Shown here: piece after piece, positions 8,023-14,745 of the stretch
Position numbering within the stretch: position 1 is the first letter of the stretch
How the letters are laid out: the number at the start of each line of letters is the position of its first letter
NCBI GenBank assembly: GCA_028866595.1
Contig: JAGWHV010000002.1
Location: forward strand, 1 to 42,264
DNA from: Patescibacteria group bacterium
GTDB lineage: Bacteria > Patescibacteriota > Minisyncoccia > Phycocordibacterales > UBA6065
DNA length: 42,264 bases
Reading direction: 5' to 3'
The notes under the pieces: model-generated
Told to the model about the DNA's origin: nothing
The model's database searches: none
The model's input: the letters and a program-made list of their open reading frames with translations, nothing else
Made by a program: the position numbers and the translations under genes

Positions 8023-9632
8023 ATTCCTCCTTGTTGCGAACCCTGGCCTTGCGAGCCGGGGTTCTGGTTTTTGCCGCCCTTGCCTTTGTCCGGCCGGCCC
8101 TTGCCGCGATTGCCGAAGGCCCTCGCGACACGGTCGGCCGTAGCGACGGCGGCGCCGATCAGTTGATCTGCGCCGCTCGCGCCCGCGATGTTGATATTGT
8201 CGGTGTTCGCGTTTGTTGACGCGCTGGCGCTCACCGCTACCGGTTGAGCATCCACACCGACTATCTTCGCCATCGCATTGAGCGCGGCATTGGCGTCGAC
8301 GCCATGCGCTCGGAGCTCTTTGATCCCGGCGGCGAGGCGTGTTGTCTTTTCATTGACGCCACGCATCTCGGCCTCCTGGATCTTTTGAGACTCGAGCGCT
8401 TCGGTGACCTTATCCGAGAGAGATATCTCGGTGAGCATCACCTGCTCGATGGCCGCGCCCGATCTCGTGGCGAAGCTCTTGTCGAGCTCCTTTTCGAGGT
8501 CGGGTATCTCGTCATCGGCGTCCTCGACGCTTCCGGCGAGGGTTTTGAGGGCGTTCTTGTCCTTGAACTCCATGACCTGCTCGCGCAAGTCGACGGCGAT
8601 GACGTTCACGAACGGCTTGGGGAACCAATGGGTCCCTTCGCCGACGCAGACGCCGTTGCCCCGTCCCTTGACCCGGCCGCCGAGCATGGTGAGCGCGGCA
8701 CCGAAGCCGACAGGGACATTGTGGAGTCCGAACAGAAACCAACCGAGCGCCAGAGCAGCGACGAGCAACTGGACCTGGTAGTCCGCTGACCGACTGAAGC
8801 CCTCGTACCCGATCAGGCCGCAGATCAGAAGACCCGCGATGATGGTCTTGAGGGGCGTCAGGTACGGATCGAACCGCATCTGATGCGGGTCGGCCTTGTT
8901 CATGCCGTCCCGGATCGATTCGCCCGCCTCCAGTTTCCTGGCGATGAGCGAGTTCGGAAGCGTCCGCGCCGCGATCGAGCGCATCGACGTCTCGTAAAGG
9001 CCGGTGAGAGCCTTGACGACGACATCCTTGCCGCCCATTTCGAGATACCGATAGGGGTCAAAGACCCGCCACCGGATGACCGATGAGATCCGCACCTCTG
9101 CCGTGTCCTTGCCGGGCTTTTCGGGCTCGGCGGGACTGGGATGGGGCGGAGGTGCGGGTGGCGTTGGCGGCGGTACTGACGCTGGTGGCGGGGTCGCCGG
9201 TCCGGATGCCGGGCCGGGAGACCCTGCCGTCGCCGTAGCTGCCGCAGGCGCCGGTGAGGCGACTGGAGCAGACGGAGCCGGAGGGGGCGGAGGTGTCGAC
9301 AACGGGGCCGGAGCGGGCGCTGCGGCGGGTGCCGCGAACGCGCGCTTCAGCTCGTCCTCGATGATCCGCTTGTTCTCGCTTTCGGCGACGGGTGCCATCT
9401 GAAACGGGATGGTGATCTCGACGCTGACTTCAGCATCGGATACTGTCATCGATCCAGATATATCAGTGCCCGAAGCCTTGGCGGTGAACTCGCCTCGATC
9501 TCCGTTCCAGGACTCTTTCAAGTCCTCGATCTCGGAGAAGCGACGCATGATCCTAGATAGGAGCGTTTGTGTACGTCCCAGGGCGTCACCCTTCGTAAGG
9601 TTGTGCCCACATGTGACTATGACTTTTGGCAT
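8019..9632 (-). CDS. chimeric membrane protein: PHA-granule-region-like N-domain, P/A-rich linker, SPFH/band-7-like blocks around a TM hairpin
   Basis: ATG at 9632 is preceded by GAAAGGAAC (SD-like). The track's 9677 start is a TTG. The N-terminus MPKVIVTCGHNL...WNGDRGEF...VSVEITIP resembles the polyhydroxyalkanoic acid system (PHA_gran_rgn) family. The P/A linker is encoded at about 9114-9335. There are two TM helices. Motifs GEGTHWFPKPFVNVIAVDLREQ and GAAIEQVMLTEISLSDKVTEALE are SPFH-like. Confidence 0.6.
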   Translation of the reverse strand: MPKVIVTCGHNLTKGDALGRTQTLLSRIMRRFSEIEDLKESWNGDRGEFTAKASGTDISGSMTVSDAEVSVEITIPFQMAPVAESENKRIIEDELKRAFAAPAAAPAPAPLSTPPPPPAPSAPVASPAPAAATATAGSPGPASGPATPPPASVPPPTPPAPPPHPSPAEPEKPGKDTAEVRISSVIRWRVFDPYRYLEMGGKDVVVKALTGLYETSMRSIAARTLPNSLIARKLEAGESIRDGMNKADPHQMRFDPYLTPLKTIIAGLLICGLIGYEGFSRSADYQVQLLVAALALGWFLFGLHNVPVGFGAALTMLGGRVKGRGNGVCVGEGTHWFPKPFVNVIAVDLREQVMEFKDKNALKTLAGSVEDADDEIPDLEKELDKSFATRSGAAIEQVMLTEISLSDKVTEALESQKIQEAEMRGVNEKTTRLAAGIKELRAHGVDANAALNAMAKIVGVDAQPVAVSASASTNANTDNINIAGASGADQLIGAAVATADRVARAFGNRGKGRPDKGKGGKNQNPGSQGQGSQQGGI

Positions 9633-9723
9633 GGTGCCGTTCCTTTCGTTTTGAGGTTGTGGTTGTTTGACTGTCAAAAAGACAGGGAAGCGCAGGCTTC
9701 CTGCTTGTACTATCTTGGGTCCA

Positions 9724-9752
9724 ATAATACACTAGTTTTGATAAAAAGTCAA
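9724..9752 (-). promoter_or_regulatory. sigma70-type promoter for the 8019-9632 / 7519-8022 operon
   Basis: On the minus strand: TTGACT (9752-9747), a 17-nt spacer, then TATTAT (9729-9724). It sits in an AT-rich spacer just downstream of the REC gene terminator. Confidence 0.6.
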
Positions 9753-9753
9753 A

Positions 9754-9779
9754 TAAAAAAGAGGCCTCAATGAGGCCTC
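9754..9779 (-). terminator. intrinsic terminator of the receiver-domain gene
   Basis: GAGGCCTC-aat-GAGGCCTC (8-bp stem, 9761-9779), followed on the minus strand by TTTTTTATTT. Confidence 0.75.
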
Positions 9780-9811
9780 CGTATAGGTTTTCGCCAGCGA
9801 CTTGCTAGCGA

Positions 9812-10237
9812 TCAGCCGGCGGTCGCCGCCGCATCGACGGCGCAATGGATCGCCATGGAGAGGTCGTCGAGCCCGATCGGCTTGTAGATCCGAACGGCGC
9901 CGACGGCGTACCGCTGCCCGTCGACGACATCGACGAGGATGATCGGCAACTTGGGCCGGGCGGCGCGCAAGACGAAGGAGAAAAGCGCCGCGTTGACGTT
10001 GCCCACCAGATCATCTTGGCTCACGATCGCCAGGTCGACATCGGCTTCGGGGAGAAGCTCGAGGGCTTGCTCCGTCGTGTGGGCGACGATCGCCTGGTGG
10101 CCTCGCCGCTCGAGCATTCGTTTGACGACGTCGACGACGGCGTCGTCGGTTTCGATGAGAAGGACATTCACGATCAACAAAGTAACATCTCGGGTGATGT
10201 TTGTCAAACGCCTTGACGATTGATTCTCGCGCGGCAT
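9812..10237 (-). CDS. stand-alone response-regulator receiver (REC/CheY-like) domain protein, possibly degenerate
   Basis: About 141 aa from the ATG at 10237 (the track ORF extends to 10270). LLIETDD acidic pair and YKPIGLDDL (conserved K-P). The expected phospho-acceptor region reads DLAIVSQDD. No output domain. Confidence 0.6.
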   Translation of the reverse strand: MPRENQSSRRLTNITRDVTLLIVNVLLIETDDAVVDVVKRMLERRGHQAIVAHTTEQALELLPEADVDLAIVSQDDLVGNVNAALFSFVLRAARPKLPIILVDVVDGQRYAVGAVRIYKPIGLDDLSMAIHCAVDAAATAG

Positions 10238-10322
10238 AATACAGTTACGGCCCTGGCCCTGCTGCTTCAATGCACGGGCCGGCTTCGCTGAAATGCGAGC
10301 CGGTCGCAGGGAAAGCCTCCGT

Positions 10323-10581
10323 GGCGGCCCAGAGTTAAAGTGTATGCGTCAGTGTCGAGGTGGCCCGCAAGGGCATAAAGTTGCTCTGCCAAGCAGAGCA
10401 TAGGTAATCCCTGAAAAGGGACGTCCATGTGTGAGAAGGCATTTCTCCACGGTTCGAGTCGGTGCTGTGCGTTCGCGACGAATTCCGGCCTCTCTCGGGA
10501 TGTATCGCACGCGCATTCCGGGCGCGTTTCCGGTTCCGCACCCTTGAACCTCAGCATATGTGCATACGCTACTCTGGGCCG
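10323..10581 (+). ncRNA. candidate retron msr-msd-type structured RNA bracketed by a long-range inverted repeat
   Basis: 10323-10334 pairs with 10570-10581 (12 bp). 10339-10346 pairs with 10561-10568 (8 bp, one G-U). Small hairpins inside lie at 10362-10373 (GCCC-GCAA-GGGC), 10381-10399 (8 bp), 10407-10420 and 10432-10446. A long imperfect stem joins 10450-10464 to 10537-10549. The element lies directly upstream of the RT ORF. Ends and strand are inferred. Confidence 0.5.
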
Positions 10582-10595
10582 CGCTGGCTCTTTCA

Positions 10596-10625
10596 AAACC
10601 GCTACTTCGTGTAGCGGTTGCTTTT
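10596..10625 (+). terminator. terminator-like hairpin between the structured RNA and the RT start
   Basis: AACCGCTAC-ttcgt-GTAGCGGTT (9 bp, 10596-10618), followed by GCTTTTTA. Confidence 0.45.
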
Positions 10626-10643
10626 TATGGCGCGCCGAATAGT

Positions 10644-11585
10644 ATGGGCGTTAGAAATATGAATGACGCTTTATTCGACATTGGTGCTTTCGGGCATCGA
10701 TCCGAGGCGCCGCTCTTTCACAAGCGCTGGATCAATGACATCAACCCATTGAGCGGTCACAACAAGCGCCGTCTCATATGCGCTCCGAATCAGGCGATGC
10801 GCGATGTCCATGCCAAGACCATCAGATGGTTGCGGAGCCTGCGGGTCGCGATGCCTAGTGCGACTGCCTGCAGGCTAGGGGACTCTGCCTATCGGAACGT
10901 CCTGCGTCACAAGAAGGGCACCGGCCGTTCTTTCAACAGGTATTTCTTCTTGATGGACATCGACTCGGCGTACCCTTCGGTCAAGATCGGACGCATGGTC
11001 GACGTGCTCGTCGCTCTCAAGCCAGACCTCGAAGAGAGGCGTTTCGCTCTCTGGGTGTTCTTGGCGAGACATTGCTTCGACGATCAGACGGGCGGTCTCG
11101 TCACTGGAGCGCCGGCGTCTCCTGACCTGTTCAATCTCTACTGCGAAGTAGAGATCGATCGGCCGATGCGCGTCCTCTGCGCTCGTTATGGCCTCACCTA
11201 TACTCGGTACCTCGACGATCTCACATTCTCGTCAGCGAGCCCGATAGGGAAAAAGAAGCGCCGCGCCCTCTCTGACATCGTCCTTCGCGCCGAGTTCCGC
11301 GTGAGCCACAAAAAAGCGCGCGTCTATGACTTGCGCAAAGGCCCGGTCGTCATAAACGGGATGGGCGTCCAGCTCCATGGGAAAGTCTTCGTGCCGCGGC
11401 GCACGCTTGATCACATCCGAGGCCTCTTGCATGTGGCGTCGAACGAGAGCGGAGTGTCCGCATCGGTCATACACGGCAAAATGAGCCTGCTCAAAGCCGT
11501 CACAGGCCGACGTGGCGCCAATCGGACCGAAGAGAAAGTCTTTGAAGCCTACGAGCGCTTCCGAAAATCGTCTCGAACCTCCTAA
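10644..11585 (+). CDS. retron-type reverse transcriptase (about 313 aa)
   Basis: RT motifs: R-LICAPNQAMRDVHAKTIRWL (domain 1-like), NVLRH (NAxxH-like), FFLMDIDSAYPSV (motif A), GLVTGAPASPDLFNLY (motif B), YTRYLDDLTFSS (YxDD box at 11208-11219, retron-like YTRYADD-TFS context) and VINGMGV (VTG-like). Its size fits retron RTs. Alternative ATG at 10659. The track start at 10560 lies inside the structured RNA. Confidence 0.7.
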   Translation: MGVRNMNDALFDIGAFGHRSEAPLFHKRWINDINPLSGHNKRRLICAPNQAMRDVHAKTIRWLRSLRVAMPSATACRLGDSAYRNVLRHKKGTGRSFNRYFFLMDIDSAYPSVKIGRMVDVLVALKPDLEERRFALWVFLARHCFDDQTGGLVTGAPASPDLFNLYCEVEIDRPMRVLCARYGLTYTRYLDDLTFSSASPIGKKKRRALSDIVLRAEFRVSHKKARVYDLRKGPVVINGMGVQLHGKVFVPRRTLDHIRGLLHVASNESGVSASVIHGKMSLLKAVTGRRGANRTEEKVFEAYERFRKSSRTS

Positions 11586-11618
11586 CAGGGGTTTTTTTAT
11601 TTGAGGACTTACTGTTTT

Positions 11619-11702
11619 TGGTGGGCAGGGAGGGACTTGAACCCTCACGCCTTGCGGCACTAGCTCCTAAGGCTAGCGCGTCTGCCATTTCGCCACCTGC
11701 CC
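11619..11702 (-). tRNA. tRNA-Leu (anticodon UAG), CCA encoded
   Basis: The reverse complement folds as a class II cloverleaf. Acceptor GGGCAGG/CCTGCCC, anticodon loop CTTAGGA, long variable arm, T-loop TTCAAGT, 3' ACCA. Confidence 0.9.
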
Positions 11703-11761
11703 GTAACGGATTTGAGCTTATCACAGATAGGCCTCGTCGACGAAGTGTTCTGTCTATCGTG

Positions 11762-11834
11762 TCCGCCCACCAGGGATCGAACCTGGGACCGTTCGCTTAA
11801 GAGGCGACTGCTCTACCAACTGAGCTATGGGCGG
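11762..11834 (-). tRNA. tRNA-Lys (anticodon CUU)
   Basis: Acceptor CCGCCCA/TGGGCGG, D-arm GCTCAGTTGGTAGAGC, anticodon loop CTCTTAA, T-arm CCAGGTTCGATCCCTGG. Confidence 0.85.
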
Positions 11835-11864
11835 GAATCCAATTTTCAGAATCTACCAGAAATT

Positions 11865-12011
11865 TTACTTCTTAGCAATGAATTTTTTGAAGCAGGTCTT
11901 GCAGATGTGATATTTTCTGACGATATCTTTCTTGCTAGGCGGACTGAAAAGCAGGGCTCCAAAATCCTTCAGTTCTTTCTTGCAAAAATCGCATGTCGGT
12001 CGTATCGCCAT
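11865..12011 (-). CDS. 48-aa zinc-ribbon mini-protein embedded in the tRNA cluster
   Basis: MAIRPTCDFCKKELKDFGALLFSPPSKKDIVRKYHICKTCFKKFIAKK carries two CxxC pairs. The segment is locally AT-rich. The track ORF's N-terminal extension runs into tRNA-Leu(UAA). Confidence 0.5.
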   Translation of the reverse strand: MAIRPTCDFCKKELKDFGALLFSPPSKKDIVRKYHICKTCFKKFIAKK

Positions 12012-12014
12012 ATG

Positions 12015-12098
12015 TGCCCGGGGTGGGAGTCGAACCCACAAGACCTTTCGGTCGGGAAATTTTAAGTCTCCTGCGGCTGCCAGTTTCGCCACCCGGGC
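12015..12098 (-). tRNA. tRNA-Leu (anticodon UAA)
   Basis: Acceptor GCCCGGG/CCCGGGC, anticodon loop CTTAAAA, long variable arm (CGACC-GAAA-GGTC), T-arm GTGGGTTCGACTCCCAC. Confidence 0.9.
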
Positions 12099-12117
12099 GT
12101 TTCCGTTTCTGTCGGGA

Positions 12118-12188
12118 GGCCACGGCGGGAATCGAACCCGCGCATAGCGGTTTTGCAGACCGCCGAATTACCACTTTTCTACGTGGCC
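12118..12188 (-). tRNA. tRNA-Cys (anticodon GCA)
   Basis: Acceptor GGCCACG/CGTGGCC with discriminator U, anticodon loop CTGCAAA, T-arm GCGGGTTCGATTCCCGC. Confidence 0.9.
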
Positions 12189-12217
12189 GAGCGGAATTCA
12201 GTATAGGCTAGCCAGAG

Positions 12218-12538
12218 CTATCGCGCCAGGCTCTCGTCGATTCTCTGGCGGGCCCGCTCGCCGCGGTCGATCTCGAAATCGAAGAAGGGGACGCGCATGA
12301 GCCGGGCGTGGTCTTTGGCGTAATCGCGGAATGCCGAGCGCTGGCGCTTGAGGAAGTCGAGCGCCGCCTCTTCCTTGTTCTCGGGTAAGACAGTGAAATA
12401 TATCGTGGCAAAGTCGCCTTTCTCCGTGGCCGAGACGCGGGTGATGGTGATGAGCGACGTGCGGTTCGACTCCGCCTTGAGGAATTCGGCGGCGAGGTGC
12501 TTGAGGATCTCTTCGAAGCGGTCGTGTTTGATGGACAT
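12218..12538 (-). CDS. rbfA: ribosome-binding factor A
   Basis: 106 aa, typical RbfA sequence (LITITRVSATEKGDFATIYFTV...). It lies immediately downstream of infB, the canonical synteny. Confidence 0.9.
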   Translation of the reverse strand: MSIKHDRFEEILKHLAAEFLKAESNRTSLITITRVSATEKGDFATIYFTVLPENKEEAALDFLKRQRSAFRDYAKDHARLMRVPFFDFEIDRGERARQRIDESLAR

Positions 12539-12541
12539 ACT

Positions 12542-14119
12542 CTATTTTTCTACGACGATGAAGTCTTCGATGACGTCGCCTGGCGCGAGCTCGATCGATG
12601 CCTCGATCATCGCTCCGAATTCAAAGCCTTCCTGGACGGAAGACGTCTTGACCTTGGTCTGCTGAAGCTCGCGGATGAGGCCGTCGCCGATGAGCGTCTC
12701 TCGGCGGATGATCTTGACCTGATGACCGAGAGATATCTCACGGTCGGTCACTTTGCCGCCGACGATCTGGCGATCTTTCGTCCGACTGAAGAATTTAAGG
12801 ATCTTGGCCCGGCCGGCGATCTCCTCGACCTGTATCTTTGGCGTGCGCTCTGTGAGGTGCTCTTCGAGCCATTCGCGGAGGTTGTATATGATGTCGAATG
12901 TCTCGTGGGCGATGCCGAGCCTCTCGATCATCGCCGCTGCCTGGCTGTCGACGCGGACGTTGAAGCCGATGACGAGTGCGTCTTTGTCAGCGCCGGCGGC
13001 TTTGATGTCGGACTCGGTGATATCACCTATGCCGGCGAGGAGCGTTTTCAAGGCGATGCGCTCGTGGGAGATCTTGGCGATCTCGTGCTCGATCGCCTCG
13101 ACCGAGCCTTGGACGTCGGCTTTTATGACGAGAGGGATGAGCTTTTTTTCCATCGCGCCCTCGCCGGCCGCCGGCTCGGGCGCTCTTTCCGCCGGCCGAG
13201 GTTTCTTTTCGTCCTCTTCGGCTTCTTCGATATAGGCTTCGAGCGTTTTTTTATCATCGAACGTCACGAAGCTCTCGCCGACGCGCGGCGCTTTGTTCCA
13301 GCCGACGACGCGGATCGGCTGGGAGAACGTGGCCTCGGCAACTTTTTTGCCGGCATGATTCTCGAGGATGCGGGTAGGGGAGAAAGCGCTTCCCGCGGCG
13401 ACGAACATGCCGGGGCCGACTCTGCCGTTTTTCACGATGATCGTGGCTGATATGCCTTTTTTCGGATCGCGATGGGTTTCGATGATAGTGCCTGACCCGA
13501 GAGCGCTCGGGTCGCCCTTGAGCTCGGCGATCTCGGCGGTGAGGACGATGAGATCGAGAAGCTCCTCGACGCCCTGGCCGGTTTTCGCCGATATCGGCAC
13601 GAAAGAGACATTGCCGCCGAAGCCTTCCACGTATATGCCCGCCTCGGCGAGAGACATCTTGGCGCGATCGACGTTTGCCGAGGGCTTGTCTATCTTGTTT
13701 ATGGCGACGACGAAGGGGACTTTGGCTTTCTCGATCTCTCTATAGGCGTCGATGGTCTGCGGCTTGACGCCGTCTTCGGCCGAGACGACGAGTATGGCGA
13801 CGTCGGCGGTCGTAGCGCCGCGCTCGCGCATGCCGGAAAACGCCTCGTGGCCTGGCGTGTCGATGAACGTGATGCGCTCGGTCCTCGTCGCGCCATCGTC
13901 GGCGGTGACGACCCGTTCTATCTCATATGCCGATATGCGCTGGGTGATGCCGCCGGCTTCGCTATCGACGATGTTCGTTTTTCGGATGTAGTCGAGGAGA
14001 GTGGTCTTGCCGTGGTCTATATGGCCGAGGATGGCGACGACCGGCGGGCGCTTGACCAGAGCGCCTTTTGCAAGGGCGCCTGAAATACCGCTTTTCTGTT
14101 GTGCTTTTTTTCCTGCCAT
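12542..14119 (-). CDS. infB: translation initiation factor IF-2 (short form lacking the long N-terminal region)
   Basis: 525 aa. G-domain motifs [20 protein letters not shown] and NKID, plus the C-terminal IF-2 domains. Confidence 0.95.
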   Translation of the reverse strand: MAGKKAQQKSGISGALAKGALVKRPPVVAILGHIDHGKTTLLDYIRKTNIVDSEAGGITQRISAYEIERVVTADDGATRTERITFIDTPGHEAFSGMRERGATTADVAILVVSAEDGVKPQTIDAYREIEKAKVPFVVAINKIDKPSANVDRAKMSLAEAGIYVEGFGGNVSFVPISAKTGQGVEELLDLIVLTAEIAELKGDPSALGSGTIIETHRDPKKGISATIIVKNGRVGPGMFVAAGSAFSPTRILENHAGKKVAEATFSQPIRVVGWNKAPRVGESFVTFDDKKTLEAYIEEAEEDEKKPRPAERAPEPAAGEGAMEKKLIPLVIKADVQGSVEAIEHEIAKISHERIALKTLLAGIGDITESDIKAAGADKDALVIGFNVRVDSQAAAMIERLGIAHETFDIIYNLREWLEEHLTERTPKIQVEEIAGRAKILKFFSRTKDRQIVGGKVTDREISLGHQVKIIRRETLIGDGLIRELQQTKVKTSSVQEGFEFGAMIEASIELAPGDVIEDFIVVEK

Positions 14120-14146
14120 AGTGATGATGAAGCGAAAGCCGTCATG

Positions 14147-14635
14147 CTATTTCAGCTTGGTCTTGGCGAGAGAGATCGCGCGGCGCTCTTCGTCGGTGAG
14201 CTCGAATTCGGAATCGAAGCGGGCGAGCGGTTTGGCGAAGACAGAGACGCGGTCGCGGGCGTAAAGGCTCGAGAGGATGGCGCCGTCGCCTTCTTCGTTC
14301 ACGAACGCGGTGGCAAAGCTCTGGCCTCCGCCGCCGAAAGCGTTGAACCGGATCGTCTCTGTCGCCTGGTTTGCGCGGCGGAGGCGCTTCTCGACGGTCT
14401 TGAGATAGTCCTCCATGTCGGCGCGGAACTCCGTCAGGTCTTTGATGCTCGCGGCCGTTGCCGAAAGCGTCTCGCCTATGTCCGTGCAGACGCCGTCTTT
14501 GCAATTCTCGTTCTTCATCATCGTGCGGATCTTGCGCCGGAGGCAGAACACGTCGATGGTGAGAGCGAGGATCGTGAGCGCCAGGACGCCGACCAAGATG
14601 TTGGAGTCGAGAATCATGGCCGTATGATAGCTCAT
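14147..14635 (-). CDS. DUF4446-like membrane-anchored protein
   Basis: 162 aa. N-terminal TM. The C-terminal IRFNAFGGGGQSFATAFVNEEGDGAILSSLYARDRVSVFAKP resembles the DUF4446 family. Confidence 0.6.
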   Translation of the reverse strand: MSYHTAMILDSNILVGVLALTILALTIDVFCLRRKIRTMMKNENCKDGVCTDIGETLSATAASIKDLTEFRADMEDYLKTVEKRLRRANQATETIRFNAFGGGGQSFATAFVNEEGDGAILSSLYARDRVSVFAKPLARFDSEFELTDEERRAISLAKTKLK

Positions 14636-14699
14636 GAAAGCACCAAAGGCAATTTTAGAAGCTTTCCGAATCTCGAGGAGACTGGTCAGCAGGACCTCG

Positions 14700-14729
14700 A
14701 AGCCGCAGACTAATCATCTGCGGCTTTTT
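14700..14729 (+). terminator. plus-strand intrinsic terminator with no annotated plus-strand gene upstream
   Basis: AAGCCGCAGA-ctaatca-TCTGCGGCTT (10 bp, 14700-14726) runs into a T-tract (14725-14729). A second hairpin TCGAGG/CCTCGA (14672-14677 / 14695-14700) lies just upstream. Confidence 0.6.
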
Positions 14730-14733
14730 ATTG

Positions 14734-14739
14734 CATAAT
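14734..14739 (+). promoter_or_regulatory. -10-like CATAAT, 6 nt before the ATG at 14746
   Basis: CATAAT at 14734-14739 and ATG at 14746. No SD is possible in between. Confidence 0.4.
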
Positions 14740-14745
14740 AGTCGC

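Noticed and set aside
10267-10642. ORFs across the RT-upstream region: 109 aa and 68 aa on the minus strand, 71 aa on the plus strand. These include the idea of a DRT2/neo-like hidden ORF in the template RNA.
   Set aside because: Stop-free antisense frames of this length occur all over this GC-rich window. These ORFs have no SD, no recognisable motifs, and Arg/Pro/Ala-rich composition typical of non-coding GC-rich sequence. The idea would be revived only if RT-dependent concatemeric cDNA were observed, or if the frame stayed open across a repeat junction in homologs.
10644-11585. RT as a DGR or group II intron reverse transcriptase
   Set aside because: Motif B reads GAPASPDLFNLY rather than the DGR-type IGNxxSQ. 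I found no template/variable repeat pair. The protein is too short for a group II maturase (no X or En domains), and no intron domain V/VI-like structure was seen downstream.
7519-12200. Integrated mobile element or prophage at the tRNA cluster
   Set aside because: There is no integrase, recombinase or transposase ORF, and no direct repeat of a tRNA 3' end that I could find. Composition is similar to the flanking core genes. I treat it as an accessory patch, not a defined island.
12497-13450. Long antisense ORFs inside infB. The same applies to 16793-17779 and 18512-19369 in clpB, 28943-29968 in topA, 36102-37265 in dnaX, 37438-38403 in the PLP enzyme gene, 39434-40243 and 39961-40719 across panD/MarR, 19492-20319 in alr, and 23316-23963 in rarA.
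   Set aside because: Each lies opposite a gene with unambiguous family motifs. Their D/E/R/G/A-rich sequences have no recognisable domains.
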